DNA of 64,000 bases. Source: Thermoplasmata archaeon. GTDB lineage: Archaea > Thermoplasmatota > Thermoplasmata > Lutacidiplasmatales > UBA184. The translations under genes and the position numbers were made by a program. Location of the stretch: NCBI GenBank assembly GCA_028864975.1, contig JAGWLG010000002.1, positions 125,481-189,480 of the forward strand, given 5' to 3'. Each line of letters starts with the position of its first letter. The stretch's first letter is position 1. Shown one piece after another: positions 28,605 through 38,195 of the stretch. Below the pieces are notes generated by a model. That model did not search any database. It had not been told where the DNA came from and saw only the letters and a program-made list of their open reading frames with translations.

Positions 28605-29432
28605 TCACTTGGAGGCCGGTGCTGCCTTCGCGGGGGCCCCGCCCTCCTCTAGGGAGGGGAGGGCCGCGAGGAACTCCAGCACCGCCTGATTGAAGGCGGA
28701 AGGGTTCTCGAGGAAGGGGAGATGCCCCGCGCCCGGGATCCCGACGCCCTTGGCCCCAGGGATCGCATCCACCAGGGCTTTCGACTGCTTGGGAGGGATC
28801 GTTCGGTCCTCTTCTCCCCAGATCACTAGCGTGGGGACCCTCACCTCGGGCAGGAGGGACGTGAAGTCCGGTCGGCCCGCGAGCGCGACCAGGGAGGCGA
28901 TCATCGCGGGAACGGGAGAGGCACGAACGATCTGGAGCACCGCGGGAAAGAGGTCAGGGTTTCCGACGTTGTTCGGAGCGAGAAGGTTCCGCGCGGTCTC
29001 GACCGCAAATCCCCCGGGGCCCTCCTGACGGAGCCGGGCGATCGTCGCGTAGCGCTTCGCGGCGGCCTCCTCAGAGTCCGCCTCGGCGCGGGTGTTCGTC
29101 AGCACCAGCGCACGGACCCGCTCCGGATGCTCCCCATACTTGTGCAGCGCGAGGTACCCTCCGAGGGAATGGCCGATCACCACCGCGGGCGGGGAGGCCA
29201 GGGCGTGGGTGCTCGATTCCACGACCGCGGAGACGCCTTCCAGGGTCTCGGGAGGGCGAATGGTCGACGCTTGTCCGTATCCTGGAAGATCGAAGGCGAC
29301 CACGCGGTTCCCGACCGCGAAGGGGTCGAGCTGCCCCTTCCACACGCCGCGGTGGAGCGGGAAACCGTGGAGGAGCACGATCGGGCTCCCGGAGCCTCGG
29401 TCGTCGTGGGGAAGGACGTCCGCCGTCGCCAT
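28605..29432 (-). CDS. Alpha/beta hydrolase
   Basis: LLHGFP, FDLPGYG, GHSLGG nucleophile elbow, WGEED, GAGHL. ATG 29432. Confidence 0.9.
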   Translation of the reverse strand: MATADVLPHDDRGSGSPIVLLHGFPLHRGVWKGQLDPFAVGNRVVAFDLPGYGQASTIRPPETLEGVSAVVESSTHALASPPAVVIGHSLGGYLALHKYGEHPERVRALVLTNTRAEADSEEAAAKRYATIARLRQEGPGGFAVETARNLLAPNNVGNPDLFPAVLQIVRASPVPAMIASLVALAGRPDFTSLLPEVRVPTLVIWGEEDRTIPPKQSKALVDAIPGAKGVGIPGAGHLPFLENPSAFNQAVLEFLAALPSLEEGGAPAKAAPASK

Positions 29433-29457
29433 CGGCGGTAGGCCCACATCACGGAGG

Positions 29458-29463
29458 TATAAG
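29458..29463. promoter_or_regulatory. TATA box in divergent intergenic region (hydrolase / arrestin-like gene)
   Basis: TATAAG is the only AT-rich patch; it lies about 26 nt from the hydrolase ATG on the minus strand and about 77 nt from the arrestin-like ATG on the plus strand. Confidence 0.55.
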
Positions 29464-29539
29464 GCAGCATGTCGGGGTCGAGCGAGCCGCGCGGCTTCCG
29501 CCCCATGCACACCCCCGTCTCCACCTTACGGCGGGGCGG

Positions 29540-30523
29540 ATGCTGCAGCGGAAGCCCAAATACCAAGGAGCCCTCGTCCCGGGCGTGGCGAGCGTGCAGT
29601 TCCTCCAGGTCTCCGCAGGCGCGTTCCTGGGAGGCGCGGTGGAGGGCGTGGTCCGTGCTGAGTTCGACAAGCCTACCAAAGTGCGGGATATCACCCTCAC
29701 GCTGACCGGCAGTGAGCATTCGCAAACCACGGTGCAGGCGGGGAAGAACTCCGAGACGATCACGCAGGTGTCACCCTTCCTACAACAGGCGGTCTCCCTG
29801 CGCGAGCGCATCCCGTTCCAGGACCCCGAGCACGCCACCCCCGGCACCTACGATCTTCCGTTCAAGTTCCCTCTCCCGGTGGTCGCTCCTCCCACCCTGG
29901 CCACTTCCATCGAGGACCAGGACTTCGGGCACATCGATCACGTGCGTGACGGGATGTACGTCGATTACGCCCTTGAGATCAAGGTCGATGTTCCGCTCTG
30001 GATCGACCCCCTTCGCCGGCACCGTTTTCCCGTCTATCCCCCGGTCCGCGTCCTCGGAGGGATGCCCGAGGCCCGCACGAGCTCGGGCCCGGACCGCGCA
30101 GGGCTCCAGGTCGCCCCCCTGGACGGTAACGCCCCCTGGATCTTCCCCGGCAAGCCCTGCTCGATCCTCTACAACGTCCAGAACCCTTCGGGGAAGACCC
30201 TGAAGGGGCTTACCGCGCGGTTGGTCCGCGACGTGAGCTATGTCTGCCGGGGCCGCTCCTGCGCGAGCCAACAGATCTTCGGGAACTTCTTTGCTCCGTT
30301 CCAAGGCAACGCTCCCTCTTTCCAGGGGCGCCTCGACCTCATGGTCCCGAACGACGCCGGGATGGTGAACCCCGGGAGCGGTCAGCTCTTCAGATGCACC
30401 TGGTCGATGGAGTTCGACCTCGGAGTGGAATGGGGGTTCGACGCGAAGGTCAAGGTTCCGCTAACGCCGCCCGTGGTCCAAGTGCCGGTCCCGACCGCCT
30501 CTCCCCCTCCTCCCTACGCATAG
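29540..30523 (+). CDS. Two-domain arrestin-fold protein (alpha-arrestin-like) with terminal PPPY
   Basis: N-domain GGAVEGVV..VRDITLTLTG..PGTYDLPFKFPLP..LATSIE..VDYALEIKVDVPLW; C-domain PGKPCSILYNVQNPSG..LMVP..WSMEFDLGV..DAKVKVPL; tail SPPPPYA. Confidence 0.7.
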   Translation: MLQRKPKYQGALVPGVASVQFLQVSAGAFLGGAVEGVVRAEFDKPTKVRDITLTLTGSEHSQTTVQAGKNSETITQVSPFLQQAVSLRERIPFQDPEHATPGTYDLPFKFPLPVVAPPTLATSIEDQDFGHIDHVRDGMYVDYALEIKVDVPLWIDPLRRHRFPVYPPVRVLGGMPEARTSSGPDRAGLQVAPLDGNAPWIFPGKPCSILYNVQNPSGKTLKGLTARLVRDVSYVCRGRSCASQQIFGNFFAPFQGNAPSFQGRLDLMVPNDAGMVNPGSGQLFRCTWSMEFDLGVEWGFDAKVKVPLTPPVVQVPVPTASPPPPYA

Positions 30524-30543
30524 CGGCCCACCTCGCCTTCCGG

Positions 30544-31320
30544 TCATAGCGCGACAGGACCTTGAGCGGCGCTTCGCGAGGGCGCTTTGGGAGACGGATC
30601 GCGGAGGGGGACCGTTCGCGTGCGCTCGCGCAACAGTTGGGAGAAATGCTCACCTCGCACCGTCCACGAGAACCCGTGCGACGGTCGGTAGTACAGCCAC
30701 CCATTGTCCAGGGCCTCGTCCACGGTACCTCGAAGGCCTTCCGGCACCCCCTGGGGGGAGGCAAAGAGAAAGGCCTGCACGAGCCGAGAGATGGGGTCCT
30801 CGCTATCGGAGAGTGTGAGATGGTCGTGCGCGGAGCCGAGCTGCCGCATCAGCGAAGGAGCCATGTCGAGGGGGATCCGGCGAAGGTCGTACGGGCAAAG
30901 AAAGCGCGAGCCGCCGCGGGGTTGCTGGTCGAACCAGCTCTCATACTCCTCGATCCGGGGAACGTCCTCGCGGGTCCAATAGTACGATATGGCGTCCGCA
31001 CCCGCCGAGACCCCTCGGGGATGGGCCGAGACGAACTCCGCGATCTCCGGTACAGGTCTCAGCACGCGCTGGGTTGCGGCCACCTGGGGTCCCTGAAGGT
31101 CGCGTATGGCCCCCTCGAAACGGGCCGAGATACGAGGGAGCTTCTCCCGGACCAGGTCTGCGACCCAGGGTTCTGCGACCCAATAGGCGGTCGCCCCCGG
31201 GTCCGAGGCCCCACGAAGGAACGCGACAGCATGCTCGGCCTCCTCCTCTCCCGAGTCATGGAAGGCGATGGCGTGCGTGCCCGACGGCAAGCTGGAGAGG
31301 TCTTTCAGCAGAATCGGCAT
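30544..31320 (-). CDS. MEDS sensory-domain protein with short C-terminal winged-helix-like segment
   Basis: THAIAFHDS, YESWFDQ, FLCPYDLRR, AHDHL match the MEDS pattern as recalled. Confidence 0.65.
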   Translation of the reverse strand: MPILLKDLSSLPSGTHAIAFHDSGEEEAEHAVAFLRGASDPGATAYWVAEPWVADLVREKLPRISARFEGAIRDLQGPQVAATQRVLRPVPEIAEFVSAHPRGVSAGADAISYYWTREDVPRIEEYESWFDQQPRGGSRFLCPYDLRRIPLDMAPSLMRQLGSAHDHLTLSDSEDPISRLVQAFLFASPQGVPEGLRGTVDEALDNGWLYYRPSHGFSWTVRGEHFSQLLRERTRTVPLRDPSPKAPSRSAAQGPVAL

Positions 31321-31403
31321 GGACGCCCCGGGGAGCCCCAGGACCTCCCGTCCAATGCGTATAGGTACGTACCGCAGATATGAACGCGAGGGTTACCTGT
31401 TGG

Positions 31404-32432
31404 TTACGGTTCGAGCGTGAGCTCCTCCCCGGCCTCTTCCAGATAGAAAGCGAAGGCGTGGATCACGGCACGCTCGGCCGTGGCCCAGGCCTCGGGGATC
31501 TGCTTCCAGCCGTCCCGCAGGTCTCCTACGGCGTAGAGACCTGGGACCGGGCCCGAGCCGTCGGTCGCAAGGACACGGCAGTCGTCATCGGTCGCTACGT
31601 AGCCGTCGTCCGTGATCTTCGCCCCCAACTTCCGTGGGAGCTCGGCATGGGTCGAGTACCAGCCCATCCCGCTGAACCCCTTGTCGAAGGTCATGTGGGA
31701 GCCGTCGGCCAACACGACCCCGAACTGCTTCTCCCGGATCCCTTCGAAGCTCACGATCGACGGGTCGAGGTGTCGAACTCCTCGGGACGCGAGCCGCCGC
31801 TCGATCTCCCTGCGTTCCTCCGGCGGGGTGTCCTCCAGCCATGTGGACCCATGCGCGAGGATCGTGACCGAAGTGGGATGGAAGTGAAAGAGGTCAAGGG
31901 CCGTCAGGGCGGCGAACTTTCCTGCTCCTATGACGGCGACCCTCTTGCCCGGCAGGGTGTGGCCATCGCAGAGGACACAGAAGTCGACGATCCCCTGGTT
32001 GGCCCAGGGAAAGATCGGTCGGATCTCCCCTTGCACCTCGGGGATGCGGTCGACGACCCCCATGGCAAGGACGAGGACACGTCCCGTCACCCTCTGGACC
32101 TGACGGAGGCGCTCGAAGGTCACCGTGAACCCCTCCGATCCGCGCTCCACACTATGGACGACGACCGGCGAGAGGTAGTCGGTCCAGTTGGAGACCCGGC
32201 GGACCTGTTCGAGCTGAAGGTCCAGCAGTTTGTGTCCACTGATCCCTTCCGGGAACCCCGGGATGTTCGCCATGTTCGGCGCGTAGTACGACCGTCCGAA
32301 CTTCGGCCCGCGGTCGAGGATGAGCGCGGTCTGGTGGAGCAGCCCGGCCTTGAACCCGGCTTGCAGGCCGGCGTGCCCGCCGCCGAGGACCAGGACATCG
32401 TATTGGGGCTTGAGGCGGACGAAACCGGCCAT
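31404..32432 (-). CDS. trxB: Thioredoxin reductase-like FAD-dependent disulfide oxidoreductase
   Basis: DVLVLGGGHAGL, redox motif FCVLCDG, GLYAVGD. Confidence 0.75.
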   Translation of the reverse strand: MAGFVRLKPQYDVLVLGGGHAGLQAGFKAGLLHQTALILDRGPKFGRSYYAPNMANIPGFPEGISGHKLLDLQLEQVRRVSNWTDYLSPVVVHSVERGSEGFTVTFERLRQVQRVTGRVLVLAMGVVDRIPEVQGEIRPIFPWANQGIVDFCVLCDGHTLPGKRVAVIGAGKFAALTALDLFHFHPTSVTILAHGSTWLEDTPPEERREIERRLASRGVRHLDPSIVSFEGIREKQFGVVLADGSHMTFDKGFSGMGWYSTHAELPRKLGAKITDDGYVATDDDCRVLATDGSGPVPGLYAVGDLRDGWKQIPEAWATAERAVIHAFAFYLEEAGEELTLEP

Positions 32433-32452
32433 CCACCCTAGGACCGATTTCG

Positions 32453-33310
32453 CTACTTGAGGTCGCGCGCAGGCTCCGCGAGGCGAGCCCGGGTCCGAGG
32501 TACGAACGAGGGCAGCGGGTGACCGCAGGCGCGACAGGTGCTCTTCACCAATCGTCGCTCCAACGGGATCAAGTGGGCCCAGAGCCCACCTGCCGTCAGC
32601 GCGTAGAGCTCCAGCGCGGCCTCACAGCTTTGGTCGAACGAAGTCGCCTCCACCCCCAACGCGCGCCGTTGAGCGCGGCGCCACCCCGGGGACATCCTGG
32701 CGCCGACCCGTTCCCAGAGCGCGTTCTCGGTCCCATAGGGCATCTCGAGGTGGACCGCGACCAGTGCCGCCATGGCGTTCCCCAGAAGGTTCCTTTGGAC
32801 GGCGGCCGTCTCGTGGTCTCCTTCGGCCATCGAGCGCGTGAGTTTCTGGACCTCCTCCGCCCAGCCGGTCAGCTCTCGTCCCAAGTACCGACTGGAGGAG
32901 CGTCGGAGCCGTTCGGGTCGAAAGCGTTCCGCTTGCCCCTTGAGCCGGCCCGCCACCCCCGACGGGTCGTGGAGCAGAACGGCCTCCCGCCAGCCGGGGA
33001 CGGCCCCCCAGGCGTTCTTGGGATCATCAAACCTGGACCGTTCCTTGCGAACGGTGGTCCGATGCACCGATACCTGGAGTCCCCCGCGGAAGAGGATCTC
33101 GGTCCCCTCGCGCCGGCCGACCACCCATAGGTCCAGGTCCGACCACCGATGAGCGTCCCCTCGGGCCCAACTGCCCGCAAGGACCACGGCGGAGGCTCCC
33201 TCTCGAGCAAAGGTCCGGGCCATGATTCGTGCGATGGACATGGCCCGGCGAAGGTCCTTGCGAGCCGCCCGCGGATTGCGTCGTTCCCAGCGGGAGCGCG
33301 ACCCTGGCAT
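32453..33310 (-). CDS. Pol-beta-superfamily nucleotidyltransferase with helical C-terminal domain (KNTase-like)
   Basis: LAGSWARGDAHRWSDLDL (GS..DxD). Start ATG 33310 or 33241. Confidence 0.75.
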   Translation of the reverse strand: MPGSRSRWERRNPRAARKDLRRAMSIARIMARTFAREGASAVVLAGSWARGDAHRWSDLDLWVVGRREGTEILFRGGLQVSVHRTTVRKERSRFDDPKNAWGAVPGWREAVLLHDPSGVAGRLKGQAERFRPERLRRSSSRYLGRELTGWAEEVQKLTRSMAEGDHETAAVQRNLLGNAMAALVAVHLEMPYGTENALWERVGARMSPGWRRAQRRALGVEATSFDQSCEAALELYALTAGGLWAHLIPLERRLVKSTCRACGHPLPSFVPRTRARLAEPARDLK

Positions 33311-33327
33311 TCCGTCCGATCTCCCGT

Positions 33328-35265
33328 TCAGAGCTCCCGTTGGAAGAACTCGCCCATCCGCCCCCACATCCGGAGCTTCTGCTGGATGTCGTCGGACCCG
33401 TGGCCCTCGTCGCCGAACTCGACGTACTCGAATTCCCGGCCTTCCGTCCTTCCCAGCTCGAGCAGACGGTCGCGGAACTTCCGGGCCTGGTCCACAGGAC
33501 AGCGAGGGTCGTTCGCTCCATGAAGCATCAGGAGCTTCGCTCGGAGCTTCTCGGCGAAGTGGAGCGCACTACGGTCACGCCAGAGTTCACGGTCCTGGAC
33601 CGGGTCACCCATGTTCTCCCGCAAGAAGTAGCGGAAGTGCTCCTTGGATCCCTCCCACATCTGTTCGAGGTCGGTGATCCCCACGATGGCGCAGGCGGCC
33701 TTCCACATCTCCGGTCGCTTCACGCTCGCAAGATACGTCATGTAGCCCCCGTAACTCCCCCCGAAGAGCCCCACTCGGTCCGGGTCGACCTGGGGCAGGG
33801 TCCGCAGATACTCGGTCGCGGCGACCACGTCGCGGAGATCGCCCCCTCCCCAGTCCTTGCGGTTCATGTCGCGGAACTCGACGCCGTACCCGGTGCTCCC
33901 CCTCACGTTGGGTTCGATGAGGGTGAACCCGAGAGCGACAAGGTACTGCGCGAGGGGGTTGAACTGTCGGAAGAACTGCCAAGTGGGGCCGCCGTGCACC
34001 TCGACGAGGGCGGGGGAGCGCCGCGCGGAGGCCCGGCCTCGCGGGTGGTAGACGAGCGCCTCGATCTCGCGTCCGTCGAACGTCGGGTAGTGAACCGTCT
34101 CGCACGGGGCCAGGGCGCGGGGGTCGATACCTTTCATGACCGGTGCGAGGAGAAGACGCCGTCTCTTCCGCGGGAGGTCGAAGGCCCAGAACTGCCACGG
34201 GCGGTGGACGTCCGTCTCGTACAGCAGGACCTCGGAGCCCGAAGGAAGGAACTGGGCCATCCCGAGGGTACCGCCCGGAAGGTCGAGGGCCTCCTCCTTC
34301 CCCGAGGCCAGGTCGTAGACCCATGCACGGGTGGCGACCCCTGAGTTCCCGACCGTCAGAAGGCGTCTTCCGTCGGGAGAGTGATCCGCGGGGTTCTCCT
34401 CCCACCCGGCGTGGCCGAACCATCGGACCTGGTGCGTCCCGACCTCCAGAAGTCCGGGACGGAAGCTCCCCGTCGCGTCCGAGGCGACGGCAAGGGAAGC
34501 TCCGTCGGGGCTCCATCCCATGGGGACATCCTTGGAGCCCTCCTTGACGCGGAGGAGAAGTTCTGGGGTCCCTCCATCGGAAGGGATCCGATAGACATCC
34601 TCGTTCTTCGGGTCCTCGAGCTCGTTCGTCCCGTAGGCGATCCATTTCCCATCCGGGCTGTAGACGCGCTCGCTGTAGGCCCCCGCCGGGTTGGCGTGGT
34701 CCGTCAGCTGTTCGGGCAAGGACCCCTTCTCGAGCCGGAGCCTCCAGAGGTTGAGCTGCTTCCGACCGCTCTTCCCCTGGAGGTTCCCCATCAAGAGCAG
34801 CCAGCGTCCATCGGGAGAGACGTCGATCGGGTGCTTCTCCGAGGAGGGGTCCTCCGTCAGCCGTTCGACACGCCCATCCTTCGTCCAGATCCGGTAGATG
34901 TCGTGGTTCTCGTTCCCTTGGATGTCCTTGCCGAAGAACAGCGAGGTCCCCTCGCGGTCCCACAGGAGCCCCGACCGAAGTGCACGCGGCACCTCTCCCT
35001 GGCTCACCTGGCGAGGTCGAGGTCGGTCGAGCGGGAGGACATAGAGCTCGTTCCGGCCGGTCTTGTCGAAGTAGAAGGCGAGCGTGCCCCGGTCGCGAGA
35101 GAGCGCGGGGAGCTTGTACTGCGGGAGCGAGAAGAGCCTCTCAAGGGTGAGAGGGACCGAGGAGCGAGGTCGGGGTTTCGGACGGGCAGACCGGCGGGTG
35201 CGTCTCCGATCCCTCGGACCTGACCGTGATCTTCGGGTCTGCTTGGGGGGTTTCAAGGGGTGCAC
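33328..35265 (-). CDS. S9 family (acylaminoacyl/prolyl oligopeptidase-like) peptidase with beta-propeller
   Basis: VHGGP, NVRGSTGYG, GGSYGG, HGANDPRC, DEGH. Confidence 0.93.
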   Translation of the reverse strand: MHPLKPPKQTRRSRSGPRDRRRTRRSARPKPRPRSSVPLTLERLFSLPQYKLPALSRDRGTLAFYFDKTGRNELYVLPLDRPRPRQVSQGEVPRALRSGLLWDREGTSLFFGKDIQGNENHDIYRIWTKDGRVERLTEDPSSEKHPIDVSPDGRWLLLMGNLQGKSGRKQLNLWRLRLEKGSLPEQLTDHANPAGAYSERVYSPDGKWIAYGTNELEDPKNEDVYRIPSDGGTPELLLRVKEGSKDVPMGWSPDGASLAVASDATGSFRPGLLEVGTHQVRWFGHAGWEENPADHSPDGRRLLTVGNSGVATRAWVYDLASGKEEALDLPGGTLGMAQFLPSGSEVLLYETDVHRPWQFWAFDLPRKRRRLLLAPVMKGIDPRALAPCETVHYPTFDGREIEALVYHPRGRASARRSPALVEVHGGPTWQFFRQFNPLAQYLVALGFTLIEPNVRGSTGYGVEFRDMNRKDWGGGDLRDVVAATEYLRTLPQVDPDRVGLFGGSYGGYMTYLASVKRPEMWKAACAIVGITDLEQMWEGSKEHFRYFLRENMGDPVQDRELWRDRSALHFAEKLRAKLLMLHGANDPRCPVDQARKFRDRLLELGRTEGREFEYVEFGDEGHGSDDIQQKLRMWGRMGEFFQREL

Positions 35266-35309
35266 TCCCGCTGCCGACCGGGTCCCCTCCCTTCAATCCT
35301 TCTCCGCCG

Positions 35310-38015
35310 TCAGCGGGCCAATGGAAGGGCGTTCCTCCGTGCCTCGAGCTTCACCGCCCGCGCGAGGGCACCGCTCGCCCTCAGCTGCCCAAGCGACTCG
35401 TTCCAAGCCGCACGCGCCGCACTGTACCGGGCCTCCTTGACGAGGAGGTCTCCCAGGTCCTCGAGGGCCATGGCGTGGTCATACTTGCGCCCGGACCGCG
35501 CGGTCTCTTCCGCGATCCGACCCAGGAGCCCCTCGGCCTGCGAGCTCTCCCCTCGGGCAGCCTGGACGACCGCATAGGTCCGGGCCGCGTAGGAGCCGAT
35601 CATGCCGGAGAGGTCGTGTCCGGCCTGCTGCGCCTCGGACCAGGCCTCTTCCACCTTGCCCTGAGCGAGCAGGATCTGAGCCATCGTGGCGTGCGCCTCT
35701 CGGGAGGATTCCTGCTGGGAGAGAAGGCGTCCTGCGGGGAGCAGCGGCCGGAGGAGCTCCTCGGCCCGTCGAGGGTCGCCCAGCTCGAGCAAGCACCGGG
35801 CCTGGATCGGTAAGGTCATGGCCTGGACCTGCGAGAGCCCTGCGACCTCGCAGAGCTCGAGCGCTTCCTCCAACGCGTGCTTGGCCGGTTCGAGGTCGCC
35901 CATGTGCACCAGGACCTCCGCCGCGTTGGCCAAGTTGATGGCCTGGTTCGTCAGCGCACCCCTTCGCCGCCACTCCTCGCTGGCCTGCTCGAAGATGGCC
36001 TTGGCCATCCCGAGGTCCCCCAGGGTGACCGCGAGGATCCCCAGCGCGGTGCGGACGTTCGCCTCCGAGGTCACGTGGCCAGCGCGCCGGGCGCGGGAGA
36101 GGGCATCGAGCAGGACCGCCTTGCCCTGGGCGAACTCGCCTCGAGCAACGAGCGCCGTGGCGTAGGAGATCCTGACCCCCATGCGTCGTCGAGGTTCGAT
36201 CTCGGCCCCCTCCTCGTCGAGGCGGTCGAGGAAGCGGGGGACCTCGCGGCAGACCTCCTCCCAGCGTTGCTGGCGGTTCAGGACCTCACAGCGGTAGATC
36301 CGGATCCTCAGGTCGGCCAGGCTTCGCTGGTCCTTGTCGACGAGGACCGAATCCGCCCGGTTGAGGATCGCCAGGGACTTCTCGGGGTTCCCGCGGTGGG
36401 TCTCGAGCAGGGCGAGCTCGCAGAGCAGTTCCACCTGCGCAAGCCCGGGAGGCGAGGTCTCGAGAGCGTGCTCGATGGTCGTGACCGCTCTCACGGCGTC
36501 GCCGGTCTGGAAGAGGGACGTCGCCACCCGTCGCTCCCATCCTACCAGAGCGTCCGCGAGGGCGCCCGACCGCGCGAGCTCCTCCCCCTCCCGGGCGTAC
36601 CGCAGCTGCGCTTCGAGGTCCCCTCGGTCGGAGGCCGCCTTCCAAGCACGGTCCAGCCAGGGGAGGGCGAGGACCGGCTCCTGGGCCCGGTGGTAGTGCA
36701 TGGCGATCCGCTCGACCGCCTGCGGGTCGTGCGCCGCGTGCCACTCCCCCGCCCGTCGATGGAGGCGCCGAAGCAGCTCTCCGGACATCTCCGAGCGTAC
36801 GACCGCAGCGAGGAAGCCCGGCTGTACCTGCCAAACGCTCGGTCGCACCGGATGCACCAGCGCATAGCGCGTCTCCAAGCGCTCGAGCGCCCGCTTGAGC
36901 TTGGGGGCGAGCTCGGGAAGCAGCGCAGGAAGGGCACGAGGGTCGAACTCGCTGCCCAGGACCGAGATCGCCTCGAGGAGGTTGCGGTCCTCCGGCATCA
37001 GCACCTGGATCCGTCGGTGAACCCACCAGCGAAGCAGCGTGGGGACCTGAAGGTCCTCGGGAGGCGGATGGACCCGGAACGCCTCCCCCCTCCGAGCGAT
37101 CCACCCATCGCGAAGGCCGGCCCGTACGATCTCCTGGACGAAGAACGGATTGCCGTTGGCCCGCGCGAGGATGGGTGGCAGTTTCCCCGGCTGGTCCAGG
37201 GAGAGGGGGCCCTGCAGAAGCTCCTCGGTGAGCCGCAGCACCTGGGTATCGGAGAGGCTGCGCAGCGTGAGACGTACCGCACCGCTCTCGCGCTGGACAC
37301 TATGGGCGAGCTCCTCCATCGTTGGGCCATCGCCAGGGCGACCCTCGGGGGAGGGTTCCTCAGCGTCGTAGCTGACCGCGACAAGGAGCGAGCGTTTCCT
37401 CGCTTCCCGGGCCAGCGGGCGAAGCAAAGAACGCGACGAAGGGTCGGCCCAGTGGAAGTTATCGAGCGCGACCACCACCGGGTGCTCGAGGGAGGCGCGT
37501 GAGAGGTGGTCCAGGACCCTCAACGAGGCAGCGACCGCAGGGAGTTCCTCGAGCCGAAGCTCCTTCCCGTCCGACGGGGGGAAGAGCTCCTCGGCCGCCA
37601 CGCCCCAGTCCTTCGAGAGCCCAGAGCGGGTCGCGGCCGCCCGTCCGTAGTCGCGCAGGCGCGGTCCACCATCCGAACCCACGACCGCCGCGGCCAGCGG
37701 GAGGGAGGCACCCCTCTCGGCCCGGACCGGTGGATCGAGGTCGAGGGCCCGGCGGCTGGGGTTCTCGAGCGCGCGGCGGAAGGGGAGGTAGGGTCGAGCG
37801 TCCCCTTCGGAAGCATGGCCTTGGAACACTACGAACCCCCGCTCGACCGCGAGATCGCAGGCGAGCTCGAGCATGCGGGACTTCCCCGAACCTGGCGGAC
37901 CTGAGATCAAGAGCAGCCCGCCGCGTCCCTTGGCCGTTCCGTCAAGGACCCGCTCTAGGAGCGCTTTCTCGGTCTCGCGGCCGATCAGGGGGACCGAGAC
38001 GGGATAGCCCGCCAC
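35310..38015 (-). CDS. STAND/AAA_16-type ATPase with C-terminal TPR repeats (paralog 2)
   Basis: LIGRETE, Walker A GPPGSGKS, VALDNFHWAD, ANGNPFFVQEI, TPR-like repeats. CTAAA box about 27 nt upstream. Confidence 0.85.
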   Translation of the reverse strand: MAGYPVSVPLIGRETEKALLERVLDGTAKGRGGLLLISGPPGSGKSRMLELACDLAVERGFVVFQGHASEGDARPYLPFRRALENPSRRALDLDPPVRAERGASLPLAAAVVGSDGGPRLRDYGRAAATRSGLSKDWGVAAEELFPPSDGKELRLEELPAVAASLRVLDHLSRASLEHPVVVALDNFHWADPSSRSLLRPLAREARKRSLLVAVSYDAEEPSPEGRPGDGPTMEELAHSVQRESGAVRLTLRSLSDTQVLRLTEELLQGPLSLDQPGKLPPILARANGNPFFVQEIVRAGLRDGWIARRGEAFRVHPPPEDLQVPTLLRWWVHRRIQVLMPEDRNLLEAISVLGSEFDPRALPALLPELAPKLKRALERLETRYALVHPVRPSVWQVQPGFLAAVVRSEMSGELLRRLHRRAGEWHAAHDPQAVERIAMHYHRAQEPVLALPWLDRAWKAASDRGDLEAQLRYAREGEELARSGALADALVGWERRVATSLFQTGDAVRAVTTIEHALETSPPGLAQVELLCELALLETHRGNPEKSLAILNRADSVLVDKDQRSLADLRIRIYRCEVLNRQQRWEEVCREVPRFLDRLDEEGAEIEPRRRMGVRISYATALVARGEFAQGKAVLLDALSRARRAGHVTSEANVRTALGILAVTLGDLGMAKAIFEQASEEWRRRGALTNQAINLANAAEVLVHMGDLEPAKHALEEALELCEVAGLSQVQAMTLPIQARCLLELGDPRRAEELLRPLLPAGRLLSQQESSREAHATMAQILLAQGKVEEAWSEAQQAGHDLSGMIGSYAARTYAVVQAARGESSQAEGLLGRIAEETARSGRKYDHAMALEDLGDLLVKEARYSAARAAWNESLGQLRASGALARAVKLEARRNALPLAR

Positions 38016-38195
38016 GCGCAGCGATAGTCCACGACCCAGATTTAGAGTGGTGGCGGAACCTCCGGGCTGCGACCGCGCACCTGCACGCGACCCGTCGAAT
38101 GCGGGGCGCGACCCTTATTACCGTCCCCTAGGTCGGGCCCGCTTGGGTCGCTCCTGACGCGGGGAACCCGAAGACCAGAAACGTCTCCGCCTGCC

